A DNA stretch of 60,761 bases, the filler included, from Squatina squatina (lineage: Eukaryota), in the NCBI GenBank assembly GCA_031763465.1. It is 3 parts of 3 records of this genome, joined end to end, with 100 filler letters (N's around TTAATTAATTAA, not from the genome) between each part and the next. Parts side by side here need not be neighbours in the genome. Positions count along the whole stretch, not along the records: positions 1 to 13,590 come from JARFOE010000194.1; 2 more parts are not named here. One strand, written 5' to 3'. Shown one piece after another: positions 1-12,225 of this stretch (the first letter of the stretch is position 1; the number at the start of each line of letters is the position of its first letter). The translations under genes were made by a program, and so were the position numbers. The notes under the pieces are model-generated. The model was given only the letters and a program-made list of their open reading frames with translations. It had not been told where the DNA came from and did not search any database.

Positions 1-1123
1 CTGGGGCCAAACTATCCCCCACCTGAAAACTGCCGACTCTGACCAACCACAATTTAGTGCACAAACAAGTGGCTCATGCCTGAATAAATTCTACAATTCA
101 CAGAATTAATAAATTGAACTACAAGTGAACAATTTTTCAACAATATATGCACTTTTTTGATCAATTAATTTGCTTTGAACCCCAGTTTACCACCATGTAT
201 TATGGTGGACTGATCAGGCATCATGTTTCAAAGCATTATAGCCATAAGCAATGACATTATGACATGTCAATCACTGGACTCATCATACTAATAACATGTA
301 CATATGTTGCAGATCACAAATAATTCAGCTTCTGCACACAAACTTGTCTATTCCGTAATTTTATTATTGAAACTACCTGGGAGATGCTGCTTGTCCACAA
401 CAGCACGGCCAGAAGTAGCACTTAATATAATGAATGGCAAAATGGTGGAAGCTGGTATCTCAGGTTCTGTAACGCATTTTAGAGAAAATAAGTTGAAACA
501 TTTTGCAGATCAAGTAGGGAAACCGATATCATTGGAAATGGGGTAAATCATAGCTTCCACTTCCAGTGAACCTCATTTGCATTTCAACATACAAACAGAC
601 ACCATGTACTGATGAGCGTAATAACAGCATATTGGCCAAGCTGTACACAATTCTGATGTATACTAATCAGGTTGCAGGTTACTAACCAGCCCATGTGCTT
701 AACAAATGCATTCTGAATTTAATTCCATGCAAAATATTGTAATTCGTGAGTCGTAATGCACTTCATGCAAGTGAACAGCTAGTATTCCATACACAGGACC
801 CGAGTCTTTATGATGTTAATACTTTAAAGCGTCATGGGCAGTGGGATGTGGGTTCAAATGTGTGATCCTCCACACTGCTGAGTTTCTGATCCTAGCTGCA
901 TTTCTATGGATATAATGAGCGTGGACCAGGCACCTGCCCACACGGGGAGGGAAAACTGAGAGTAAAGAATCATCGCTAGATCATTCCCTCACACCTCCCT
1001 GCACTCAATCCAAAATGCACCTANNNNNNNNNNNNNNNNNNNNNNNNNNNNNNNNNNNNNNNNNNNNNNNNNNNNNNNNNNNNNNNNNNNNNNNNNNNNN
1101 NNNNNNNNNNNNNNNNNNNNNNN

Positions 1124-1355
1124 CGTGATTTCCCCTGAAACAGTCGTGTGATTTCCCTTGAAACAGTCGTGTGATTTCCCTTGAAACAGTCGTGTGATTT
1201 CCCCTTTAAACAGTCGCGTGATTTCCCCTTGAAACAGTCGTGTGATTTGCCTTAAAACAGTCGCGTGATTTCCCCTTTAAACAGTCGTGTGATTTCCCTT
1301 GAAACAATCGCATGATTCCCCTTGAAACAGTCGCGAGATTTCCCATTAAACCAGT
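1124..1355. repeat. Minisatellite, ~10 copies of a 23-24 bp unit (CGTGTGATTTCCC(C)TTGAAACAGT), running into an N gap
   Basis: Head-to-tail units with no spacers, read directly; lies ~90 bp downstream of the FADS6 stop codon. Confidence 0.95.
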
Positions 1356-1441
1356 TTGTAATGCTCAGTAACCCATCTGAAGATGATTGTGGATGCTCAG
1401 TGTTCAGAGGGCTCGGCACTGTGAGGCAGCCGTACACCTTC

Positions 1442-1591
1442 TCACTGAATGCCCACTAACTCTGTTATCAGTGGCGCGTCAACCATCAACTCTTCATACT
1501 TGTCAAGGAACAAGCGAAGGCGAGAGAGGTAGGTGTCCTCATTGTATGGGATGTTGTGTTGTTTGAAGTATTTTGATACAATAGGCTTCAC
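1442..1591 (-). CDS. FADS6: Fatty acid desaturase 6, last coding exon (partial gene)
   Basis: Acceptor tttgcag| then VKPIVSKYFKQHNIPYNEDTYLSRLRLFLDKYEELMVDAPLITELVGIQ* (150 nt). Matches the recalled human FADS6 C-terminus VKPVVSQFLREKQLPYNEDSYLARFQLFLRRYEE.MVQAPPITELVGL. Missed by the ORF track. Confidence 0.92.
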   Translation of the reverse strand: MKPIVSKYFKQHNIPYNEDTYLSRLRLFLDKYEELMVDAPLITELVGIQ

Positions 1592-2659
1592 CTGCAAATG
1601 ATAAAAAGAGGTTCAGACAGATCAGTAAAACATTATCCAACTTATTGTTATTAAATCAGGCAGGAACACAGAAATGCCACAGGCCCCATCACAGCCTGAC
1701 AAAACCAGGGAAAAATAACTAGAAAAAGGACAGTTTGCACCCTCACAAAAGAGTTGAAAAACAGCACATCTATTTAACATGGATGCAGTTTACTGAACAG
1801 GCAAGTTAGCTTGCAAAAACTCCCAGATTTGTTGATTCACGTTGAAATAAGTACCAAGCAATAGATTTTACACTTCAAAATTCAGTGTGTCAGATCTCAA
1901 TCCTTCAGCCATGCAAAAGCATTAGGACTGATGACATGTATTTATAGACATAAGCATGACGACAATGCACATCACCTTTAATGAAATAACATATGCCTGT
2001 GCTATTCCAATTATTGACACTACCTGTGGATTGCTGTTTATCCATGGTATCAAGTTCAGAAGCTGTGCTTGGAGTGAGGGAAACTGGTATCTGAATTTCT
2101 GCAATGTTTTTCAGGAAAAAGCATAAAATTATGTGAGACACCAATTACTTGGAATGAAGCAGCATTGTTTAGAATGCTGGTGGCCCCTCAACATATGTGA
2201 TAACTTAAGTTTGACAGTAACAGATGCATATTCTCATTGCTTGGCCATAACAAATGAGAACAGACCCTCTGGTTATTATCAAAGAAATCATGACAATCCA
2301 ATCACATAATACAATGAAAACAAAAAATAAAGCCATATTGCAGACACACCATGTTACTGTACAAAGCCATGCAACATTACACGGGGAGATACAGATCTCT
2401 GCAAGGTGGCACTCCAGATCCCTTTTTCCTTGGTGAATGGGGAAGGTCATAACCAAACAATACACAATAAAAGTTGGCTGACTATTGATATCAAACTTTG
2501 TGTGCTGACCAGAAAAGAAACTTCATGCAAACATCACGAGTGGACTGACTGGAGAATATGTTTCCAAAAAGCACCACAAAGCACACTGAAAAATGGCCAG
2601 GACCAGGTTGGATGTTCCCCACCGCACCCCCAAAGGTAGTAAGGCTAATTGTGCCACTG

Positions 2660-2800
2660 CTGTGTGTGTGTGGGTTCCTAACCCCGTACAGACTGGGACC
2701 TTCCTGCTGTGTGTGTGTGTGTGTTTCTAACCCCGTACAGACTGGGACCTTCCTGCTGTGTGTGTCGGTTCCTAACCCCGTACGGACTGGGACCTTCCTG

Positions 2801-2854
<54 letters not shown>
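2660..2854. repeat. Compound repeat: 3 copies of (GT)n-TTCCTAACCCCGTACAGACTGGGACCTTCCTGCT followed by a long (GT)n microsatellite
   Basis: Direct inspection; ends at an N gap. Confidence 0.95.
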
Positions 2855-2954
2855 NNNNNNNNNNNNNNNNNNNNNNNNNNNNNNNNNNNNNNNNNNNNNN
2901 NNNNNNNNNNNNNNNNNNNNNNNNNNNNNNNNNNNNNNNNNNNNNNNNNNNNNN

Positions 2955-3066
2955 GAAAGCAGGGACAGGGTACTGAATTTGGAAGATCAGCCATGATCAT
3001 ATTGAATGGCGGAGCAGGCTCGAAGGGCCGATTGGCCTTCTCCTGCTCCTATCTTCTATGTTTCTA
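2955..3066 (+). mobile_element. CR1-clade LINE (HER1/HE1-like) 3' tail
   Basis: GATCAGCCATGATCATATTGAATGGCGGAGCAGGCTCGAAGGGCCGA..GGCCT.CTCCTGCTCCTAT..TTCTATG; near-identical copies at 17713 and 49566. Confidence 0.85.
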
Positions 3067-3395
3067 ACCTGTTTCTGTGCTGTACATTCTATGTAATTCT
3101 ACGTAACTTGGAGTTGAGTCTCCCTAAATTTTGGAACAGTTCAGCTGATTATTTGGGGTCAGAACACTAATGTCCCCTGTTACCAACTTATAGAGGTGCA
3201 AAGTTCCCTGAGACAAAGGAAAGCAGAGACCCTGAGCCAACTGGCAGTGCTCCTTTAAACAGTGGTTCTGAACTGAAATTTACCGGAGCAAAGTTTTAGA
3301 AAAGCAGCATATGACTTATAATCAGGCACACATTTGTTTCCATCAGCTGTTGTATTAACGATGTTCGTCAGTGTACTGAGAGGTCAGAATATTAC

Positions 3396-3488
3396 CTTTT
3401 GTTGTCAATGGTTTAATTGCTGCTTTCTCTTTTGCTTTTTCTGTCTTGCCTTTTTTCAATGTTGGTTTAGTAACGGTATTTGAAGTCT
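3396..3488 (-). CDS. Putative 93-nt phase 1-1 internal exon, Lys-rich (triadin-like)
   Basis: ctttacag|AG ACT TCA...ACA AAA G|gtaat; reads (E)TSNTVTKPTLKKGKTEKAKEKAAIKPLTTK; splices in frame to the exon at 4360-4416. Confidence 0.55.
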
Positions 3489-4359
3489 CTGTAAAGTGTT
3501 ACAGAAATAAGATGACAAATTACAAAGCAACAGTGTTATTGTTAAAGTCCAGCTGCAGTTGCTTTAGAGTTACTTTAATGTTTAATATTAACCAGTGTCA
3601 TGAACTAACTGGTGTCAGAAAATCTCAGCTTTGAAAAGTTGATATCCATGATAAAATAATCTGGTCCCAGCGTTTAGGGGCTGACAAGTTTTGAGAATTA
3701 AGCTCTGATTGTCCCAAGATTTAAAATCAAAGAATCCTAACCGCAACATGTGTCAATTATCATTACAATTTTCTTAAATCCTTCATCTTTATGTAATTCA
3801 AGCTAACACTCCTGTTTATATTTAAAATTAAACAGACCCTTTTATTGTATTGGTATTTATTAAGGTGAGAGATGAACTGGGGAATGGAACATTTCTGCTC
3901 TACATACAATGACAACATTAAGTGCTTCCTTGTAATTTATTTGTAGTGTAGATCAGATGAAATGTTGATCTTTTCCTTGGCAATGTGGCTAAATCCCAGT
4001 CTCAGAACTGCACCTTTCCTCTGCCAGTGTGGGTTTTTTTTTCCATTTCTGAAACCGCCTAAGCTCACTATCTTTAAGTGAGGCTGTCACATTAATGGAA
4101 ATTTCAATTATCTCAACAGAGATACTTATTGGAAATTTGGACTTATTATTTCCCTCTCAGCTGTTGGTCCATTTATATCAATGAATATAACATTGCACGG
4201 GACATACAACCAAATTCCCAAGAGGTGCTCCTGGCAGGCAAGACTCCATATTAGAGTGTGAGTGAGCTCGTAAATTTATTCCTTATATGTCTGGTCTGGC
4301 TGCTGGTTCTAGAGGCAAATAGACAGTGCTACAACCTCTTATTCCTCCATTCCTCTTAC

Positions 4360-4416
4360 CTTTATTTTTCAAATTATTTATGTCTTCCTTGTCATGCATC
4401 TGAGCAGGAGTGTGTG
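4360..4416 (-). CDS. Putative 57-nt phase 1-1 internal exon (triadin-like)
   Basis: Strong acceptor ttgtttttatcctgtttgctacag| and donor AAG|gtaaga; reads xHTPAQMHDKEDINNLKNK; same contig and strand as 3396-3488. Confidence 0.55.
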
Positions 4417-4471
4417 CTGTAGCAAACAGGATAAAAACAATAAATAATCTGCATTAACCCTGTGAAAGATT

Positions 4472-4702
4472 GGGGGCGAAATTGCCCCACGCCACAATTG
4501 GAGGCCGTAATCTTCCAGGGCCGCGACTTTTAGCGCCCGGCCTGGAAGTCCTGCCCCCCTTGCGGAATTGGGCCTACCGCCCCTCAAAGGAAGTGGAGTG
4601 TCATCTCCGGAGCTCCGCTTCCTTTGGGGGTGGTTCCAGGGTGAATTCAGCGCTACATGCTGACGCACTACATCGTCCCTTTCCTTCCATTACAGGGGAG
4701 GG
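4472..4702. mobile_element. End of GC-rich non-autonomous DNA transposon (GGGGGCGAAATTGCCCC terminus)
   Basis: Abrupt AT-to-GC transition; terminus resembles that at 18722; truncated by gap. Confidence 0.5.
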
Positions 4703-4875
4703 NNNNNNNNNNNNNNNNNNNNNNNNNNNNNNNNNNNNNNNNNNNNNNNNNNNNNNNNNNNNNNNNNNNNNNNNNNNNNNNNNNNNNNNNNNNNNNNNNN
4801 NNATTGGGAGTTTGGATTTACAGTCAGATATCTCACACTTCAGATGGTCCCAATCTGAATTCATAATATTACGCA

Positions 4876-4967
4876 GAACTTAGAGCACAGAAACAGGCCA
4901 TTCAGCTCAACAGGTCAATGCTGGAGCTTATGCTCCACACAAGCCTCCTCCCACCCTACTTCAATCC
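4876..4967 (-). mobile_element. CR1-clade LINE 3' tail fragment
   Basis: AGCACAGAAACAGGCCATTCAGC...TTATGCTCCACAC.AGCC; reverse-complement homologue of 15620-15745. Confidence 0.7.
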
Positions 4968-6929
4968 AGGTTTGCTGTGGTCTCTGAAATCGATGGATGA
5001 CATTTTTTTTCAGATAAAAGGGGAATGGACATCAGAAACAAGTATCCTTGTAGAATACCAGGAAAATACTTCAACTATACCCAGTCATTAACTTATCACA
5101 AAAAGAGTTTTGGACCACTGTGGAAAAAGATCTGAGGATGGCTGATGGGGAAATTTAGATACAGATTTATGAGAACATTCAGTGAATTAACTATCCTCTA
5201 CAGAAACTGGATAAATTGGTTAACTGAATGGAGGAATCAGCATGAAATGAGAATGAAAAAAACAACCTATTTGGTAGGGAGTCCTTTCCAGTTCCTGGCA
5301 GCAGAATCCTACAAAACCTCTGAATGGCACCACATGTGCTGAACAGATTAAAGAAAAACAGCAAACTGTTACACTGCACAGGCACAGTGGTAAATCCAAG
5401 TCTGAATCATCTGAATGGGGCCAACATTCTGATTTTTGAGATTAAGTCCAAATTGGACTCATTTGAATTGCTTCAGAGTCAGAAATCAAGCTCAGCCATA
5501 CAGTCAGGGAGATAAGCAGATAACAAGCAAAGCAAAATGAAGTTGNNNNNNNNNNCAAGTACATTGAGACATACTTTATTGCTATTATGGACCATCACGA
5601 ACAACGGTTTCTCTCTAATTATATCTTAATTCTGCAATTTGAAACAATAGTCCATTCATTGCAGGGTATTTCCTGAGCAAAATGATCTTCATGCTTGGGG
5701 GAGGGGCAAGCACAGGAACAATCCGCACTCTCAGTGTTCTTGAACATTCCTGTGCTGGTGGCGAGACAGCCCGAACCTGCTGGTTTCTGCCGGTTCAGGT
5801 TATTTAAAAATATAGCATATGCTCCCAGCACAGTTTGAGCCTCATGTAGGGGACATTGGGAAGGAGGTCTACACAATTTTTTTTTTAAAAGAGCAAATTG
5901 GGCACAAATTCCGGGGACTTGTGTTTGGAGTTCATTGAAATATTTTTGCATNNNNNNNNNNNNNNNNNNNNNNNNNNNNNNNNNNNNNNNNNNNNNNNNN
6001 NNNNNNNNNNNNNNNNNNNNNNNNNNNNNNNNNNNNNNNNNNNNNNNNNNNNNNNNNNNNNNNNNNNNNNNNNNNNNNNNNNNNNNNNNNNNNNNNNNNN
6101 NNNNNNNNNNNNNNNNNNNNNNNNNNNNNNNNNNNNNNNNNNNNNNNNNNNNNNNNNNNNNNNNNNNNNNNNNNNNNNNNNNNNNNNNNNNNNNNNNNNN
6201 NNNNNNNNNNNNNNNNNNNNNNNNNNNNNNNNNNNNNNNNNNNNNNNNNNNNNNNNNNNNNNNNNNNNNNNNNNNNNNNNNNNNNNNNNNNNNNNNNNNN
6301 NNNNNNNNNNNNNNNNNNNNNNNNNNNNNNNNNNNNNNNNNNNNNNNNNNNNNNNNNNNNNNNNNNNNNNNNNNNNNNNNNNNNNNNNNNNNNNNNNNNN
6401 NNNNNNNNNNNNNNNNNNNNNNNNNNNNNNNNNNNNNNNNNNNNNNNNNNNNNNNNNNNNNNNNNNNNNNNNNNNNNNNNNNNNNNNNNNNNNNNNNNNN
6501 NNNNNNNNNNNNNNNNNNNNNNNNNNNNNNNNNNNNNNNNNNNNNNNNNNNNNNNNNNNNNNNNNNNNNNNNNNNNNNNNNNNNNNNNNNNNNNNNNNNN
6601 NNNNNNNNNNNNNNNNNNNNNNNNNNNNNNNNNNNNNNNNNNNNNNNNNNNNNNNNNNNNNNNNNNNNNNNNNNNNNNNNNNNNNNNNNNNNNNNNNNNN
6701 NNNNNNNNNNNNNNNNNNNNNNNNNNNNNNNNNNNNNNNNNNNNNNNNNNNNNNNNNNNNNNNNNNNNNNNNNNNNNNNNNNNNNNNNNNNNNNNNNNNN
6801 NNNNNNNNNNNNNNNNNNNNNNNNNNNNNNNNNNNNNNNNNNNNNNNNNNNNNNNNNNNNNNNNNNNNNNNNNNNNNNNNNNNNNNNNNNNNNNNNNNNN
6901 NNNNNNNNNNNNNNNNNNNNNNNNNNNNC

Positions 6930-7550
6930 TGAAAGACCTTCTCCCCCTCCTCCTCTTGCCTCTTCACCTGCTTGTCCTACACTGTGTTACCTCTGCTCAT
7001 TCTCCCTGTCATGCTGCAGGCCAAGGTATAAGCTACTGCACCCATGTCTGGAAGCAACTGGTCTGAGCAGACCCCTTTGCAAGTCATAACCAAGTCCTTG
7101 ACCACTTGCCACACCACTCCTTGAAGACTTTAGGCAGCTTTAAAGACATCTAGAATGCACCAAACATTTCTACAAACTCAGCAACAGCGAGTAGAAATCA
7201 ATCAGCAAATAATCTGTAAGTCGTGATGATACCTTTAAGTGGTGCTCGTGGAGGGTCCTTCCTACTACTGAATGCACGTTCAGCTGTGTGAGGTTAAGAG
7301 AGGACATTAGCTCCAGCCTTGAGGTCGAAAATGGCAGCACTGACATCAAATCAGTGTTGCACGCTGATAGACATTACGATCTGTGTAGCCTGCATACTTA
7401 CGGTGCACGCTCTCAGCACCGACACTACTGCCCTCACCAAAATGGCATCTAGTGCGGCCAGCACCAGAAGTGTGCGCGCACGGTTCAGAAGCCATTTTTG
7501 AACTAATAGCACCCAAATAACGGACGCTACACAAACAAATTTTTAGCTGA
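6930..7550 (-). mobile_element. Probable Harbinger element terminus plus degenerate transposase N-terminus
   Basis: Minus-strand ATG near 7045 then frameshifted MGAV..LGLQHDRENEQR*..RGGGGRRSF, followed toward 7550 by a GC-rich subterminal region similar to 44920-45190; family assignment from recall. Confidence 0.4.
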
Positions 7551-10500
7551 GGATCTTCCTGACCACTAAGGCTTAGATCCTCACTGGATATGCTTGTGGA
7601 GTCAACAGAGGAACTCTGTATTCAACCATTTCAATAGGGTGTATGAAATAGAGAAATGTAGGGCATAGGGATAATCTTTCAACATATTTGCTCTGTATTC
7701 ATGTCAATGGGATTGGTTTATTTGTAGACTGATGGAAGGCATTTTTATTTGTGTGCACGGAAATTGAAAGGAAAACAAAACATCCAGGACCAGTCATAAT
7801 CAGACTTCTTTCTTTGACATCAACCATAAGAGTGAATGTACTGAAAGGTGATCCCATTAACCTTCATCATTCCAAATCACAGTGTTCTGTGAAGGGACCC
7901 TGTAAACAAGGATTGTTTTAATAACTAATTGCTGGAGGAAACAAATTACAAAACTGCCATTTATCCATAAATAAAGGCGAGCACCATTAGCCTTGCCGTT
8001 ATTTTGACAGTAAGTTCTGGCCCAGTTACTTTTAGTTATGTCACTACTCATTTCTGTAGCAGTTCCAGAATGAAAAAGTACTAAGATTTCTCCATAACTT
8101 TAACGTTCAAGCACAGACTCATAAAAGTACCGCTGCTGGGAATTCTATGGCAACCAGTTGTTCACGTCAGCCTTACCTCAGGCCAACAAAGATATTTGAT
8201 GTCTTCAAGATGTGTTAAACGGATGTCTTACTATGCAGGGATTGTGGTGCTGAACCTAAGTTAGGTTGCCCGATATAAAACTCTGTTCACTACTAAGGAT
8301 GATATATCATCTTCTGATTTGCATAATTATGTAAATTTACACCAAAAACATGAATTATTCAACCAATAATTCATGAAACCAAACCATAATTGGTTACAGT
8401 GTTCAATCCTAGTTTCATTCACTTTAATCCCAGATACGCAAGTAGATATTCTGTTGTATTTTGCTGAGTTCTCTAAACGTTCTCTACCTGCCTTCATAAC
8501 CATCCTATTTTCCTTGTGGTCTCTTCAATGCTTGCTTGGTTTCTACTTCACCAATATGTGTTTCCATCATGATCTCCTGATCTCTTCTTCCAGCTAGATT
8601 TTACATTCACCCAGCTCTCTTCCAGCAATCTCGCCTTCCAGGCCAAGTTTAATTTCTGTCCCAGTTCCTCCAGCTTGTCTTTCTGGCCAGCTTGTGTTTC
8701 CATTGTGGCTCCTATATTTGTTCTCAGAATGAGTATTACATAAATCTACGTGCCACGGTTTTCCATTTGCACATGCCAGCTTGTGATTTTCCCCCATTAA
8801 TTTTAATGGGCAGGGAGATTGCAGGCTGGTGAGCACAAAAACAGAAAGATCTTCGTCTTTAAAACCCACCTAAATTTATCATCATATGACTATGCTTCTG
8901 TGGAAGTATCTCTGTGGAAGTCAGCTCATCTGACTGGAAGATTTCAATTGGAAGGGAATGGTGGAAAAATCAGCAGCAATTCATGATGTATCAGGCTTCA
9001 GAGTGCAGAGTGATTTATACAGTTGCCTTCGTGTATGGTATACAAAGTTATCTGGCATGGGCTTACTGCTTCTGAAGTCCCTTTGTTAGGGCAGACCACT
9101 AAGGTCAGGGAAACATTCCTTCATGNNNNNNNNNNNNNNNNNNNNNNNNNNNNNNNNNNNNNNNNNNNNNNNNNNNNNNNNNNNNNNNNNNNNNNNNNNN
9201 NNNNNNNNNNNNNNNNNNNNNNNNNAAGTTTATTTTCCATTCTGTTAATCATTTTCACAGACTATATCCTGTTCTTGTGATGTCTGTGCATATGTGTCTC
9301 TGTTCTATTGCCCATGGTGCTATTGCATAGATGACTTCCAGCTGACAACAATTAGCAAACAATTGTGAAAAACATTTTCTAACATGTTGCTAGTCGCACT
9401 CAGCTTTCGATAAAATGAGCACTTGCACCAGTACAAAATCTAAAGAAGTGTATAAGAAGGTGTTTTTCTCTTCATCTTCAGCTACTCAGAGTATTTTGTC
9501 TTATTTGCTTAATGTTTTCATTTCTCATACTACTTACTGCGACTGTCTCCATCTGCAGTAAAGATCAGTGATACATTCTAGTCTAGCAATGTCAAAGAAA
9601 TATAAACTGCGGCAGGAGCAGAGCCAAATAGTACCTTTAGTACGAGATAAGTGAACATATCCAAGCTTGATTTACAATTATGAATTTAAGTGAGATATGA
9701 GAATTTAAATATTTACATTTTAACATGTGACTTCTTTAAATTCACTCTGGTTTTCTTTTTACAAGTATCAAAAAACTGCCTTGTTTACACAATCCCTGAC
9801 TTACAGATCAATCATGGCCATGGTAAACTGTCACGGTTATCAATGATGCCATTCCGTACCTAGCTCCATGATGCAGCTATAAGTAAGCTAAGGGATTCAG
9901 AGTGACTTCAAATTCATAGCATTTACTGTCCGGAGTAAAAGTTCCACTGCAAGCACCGCCATATTAGTAAAGGTGGCTTTGTAGGTATCCTTAAAGCAAG
10001 CATTTGGCCCCTTACACAGGGAAATGACGGGCATAGTATCTATTTTAGGGTCCCTTCTAGAAAGTGGTTTAGATTGAGCACAGTAGGAGCCTTGTCTGCT
10101 CCATTCAGGATTCTTAACTAAGTTATTTTTAAAAATTGTATTCCTCCTGTGGAGCAGCAGTGCTCTCCAACTCCACAGTTTCCCAAACACTCCCACCACC
10201 ATGGCCGTTTCACTTCCCACCACCAATCCCTACCCCCGAGACGTACCTTCAGACTGTTGCTGGTGAGGCAAGCGGCTCAATATTCATTTTATTCACATGA
10301 CCTGGAGGTGTGACAGGCACTGGGAGCTCACCCAATTAATATTAATCAGGCCTGAGGCCCAATTTCAGGTCTGGGTCGGGCCTCCTGGCTGGGGTGGACG
10401 TTCTGTGCACGGAGCCCATTTCAGGTCTGAAAATGAGACTAAAGGAATTTCAAGGTCTATAAGTTTTGTTCAGGAATTAAATTTGTCTGTATCACTTTAC

Positions 10501-11828
10501 CTATTATCAAGAGCCTGCAAACTAGTAAAGTTTTATAGAAATAAATAGTACCAGACTGCAAGTATGCCAGAATCAAAGGCTAATTTTTATTTTGGTTATC
10601 TTCCCACTGAAGTCCTTTTAAGAAAACAAATTATACCCATGTGTGAAGTTTTGGATACCTTGTAGTTAAGCTCCCTCCAAAAATAGAGGAATGTTTATAG
10701 CTAAGTAACCAGTTTCATCAGCGTCTGTGAGGTCTCCGTAATTCCAGTATCAGAAATAAAGCAGCATTTCTGACACTATTAATTTTTGACACGTAGCTCA
10801 GCTTCATCTGTCACACGTACAATGAGAAAGATTAGATTTATAGAAAAGGGAAGCAACATTTCCGTAACAAAGGTTCAATATCAAAACTTTTGGCTTTGAA
10901 CAGCAAATTGTCATAAATCAGATTTGAAATGTTTGTAGATCACTGAAAAGAATTGGAGTTGTTCACTTTTCGGGTATTTAATATCAATCCATTTTACAAT
11001 AATCACAAGGAGTTGATAGCTACGAAAAGCTGACACTTTTTGGTGTGTGGAGGGGGGAGTTATTCACTGAATTCAGCCTGAGATTGGTTATGTAGGACAG
11101 AATAAGTAGGAGTATGTTAGGCGATAATTCAATTTGGTAAATGTCTGGAACGGTCATTGCTCATGACTTATGGGATCATCCACAACACTGAAATATAAAT
11201 CTGCATTAATATTTCCTCTGTACTTTCATGTCAGGTAATGGTAGCATTATACATTTATAATGCTTCTCCACATTCAGTATAAAAATGATTTATGAACTGA
11301 AGATGCAACCTACATTTTTGTGTTAAAGTCACAGTGATAAAACAAAACACACCTTAAATTGGTGTTGCTTACCAGGCTTGACAAGGATGAGGCCATTAAG
11401 TGATGACTGTGCCTGACTTGCATCCAAGTATACAAATTGTATTCTAATCAAGACTGCTGGCACAGCCCAGATCAACTTTAACAATTATATATAAATAGTC
11501 TAGTGCTCGCCTGTGCTACTTTTCTGGTCACAGTATTTTCTGTGTCCTGGCAAATGACTGTGCATATCAACAGGAAGATTGTAGCAATTTGTTCCATATC
11601 CCCATAAAAATGTCAAAATAAAATATGTTCTTAACCTAATGTAGCATGGGAAGGAACCACAGTCAAGAATTTAAGCTTTTTGGACACAAGTCTCAAGACA
11701 GGACAACAGTACAAATTAAACCACCCATNNNNNNNNNNNNNNNNNNNNNNNNNNNNNNNNNNNNNNNNNNNNNNNNNNNNNNNNNNNNNNNNNNNNNNNN
11801 NNNNNNNNNNNNNNNNNNNNNNNNNNNN

Positions 11829-12225
11829 GGACATGAGGAAAAATTTTTTACCCAGAGGGTGGTGGGTGTCTGAAATTCGCAGCCCAAATTGGTGGTGGAG
11901 GCAGAAACCCTCTGTTAAAAGGTACCTGGACCTGCACCTAAAGTGCTGTAAGCTGCAGGCCTACGGACCGGGTGCTGGAAGGTGGGATTAGAATGGGCAC
12001 TAGTTGTTCTTCGAGTTGGTATGGACATGATGGGCCAAATGGCCCCTTTCTGTGCTGTACCCTTTCTATGGTTCTATGGATAAATGCTTGAAGGGAAATA
12101 AATTATAGAGCTATAGGGGAAGGGCAGAAGAGTGGGAATAATTTGAAACCTCTTTCAAGGAGCTGGCACAGGCACGATGAGCCGAAGGGCCTTCTTCTGT
12201 GCTGTGTCATTCCGTAATTCTATGC
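11829..12225 (+). mobile_element. Two adjacent CR1-clade LINE 3' fragments
   Basis: DMRKNF(fs)FTQRVVGV*NS ORF2 C-terminal motif, then two GGCC..TTCTGTGCTG...TTCTATG tails ending ~12078 and ~12225. Confidence 0.85.

Noticed and set aside
1124-1355. CRISPR-like array (units contain TTGAAAC)
   Set aside because: No unique spacers, no cas genes, vertebrate context; it is a minisatellite
5885-7089. Long 344-384 aa ORFs (and other X-containing ORFs)
   Set aside because: They consist almost entirely of N-gap translation
8177-8254. Possible minus-strand exon ending GAG|gtaagg
   Set aside because: Stops in all frames from the best acceptor; no recognisable homology
8547-8705. Minus-strand small ORF METQAGQKDKLEELGQKLNLAWKARLLEESW…
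   Set aside because: About 51 aa with no recognisable family or clear splice structure
9897-10226. 109-aa ORF
   Set aside because: No recognisable domain; overlaps repeat-like sequence
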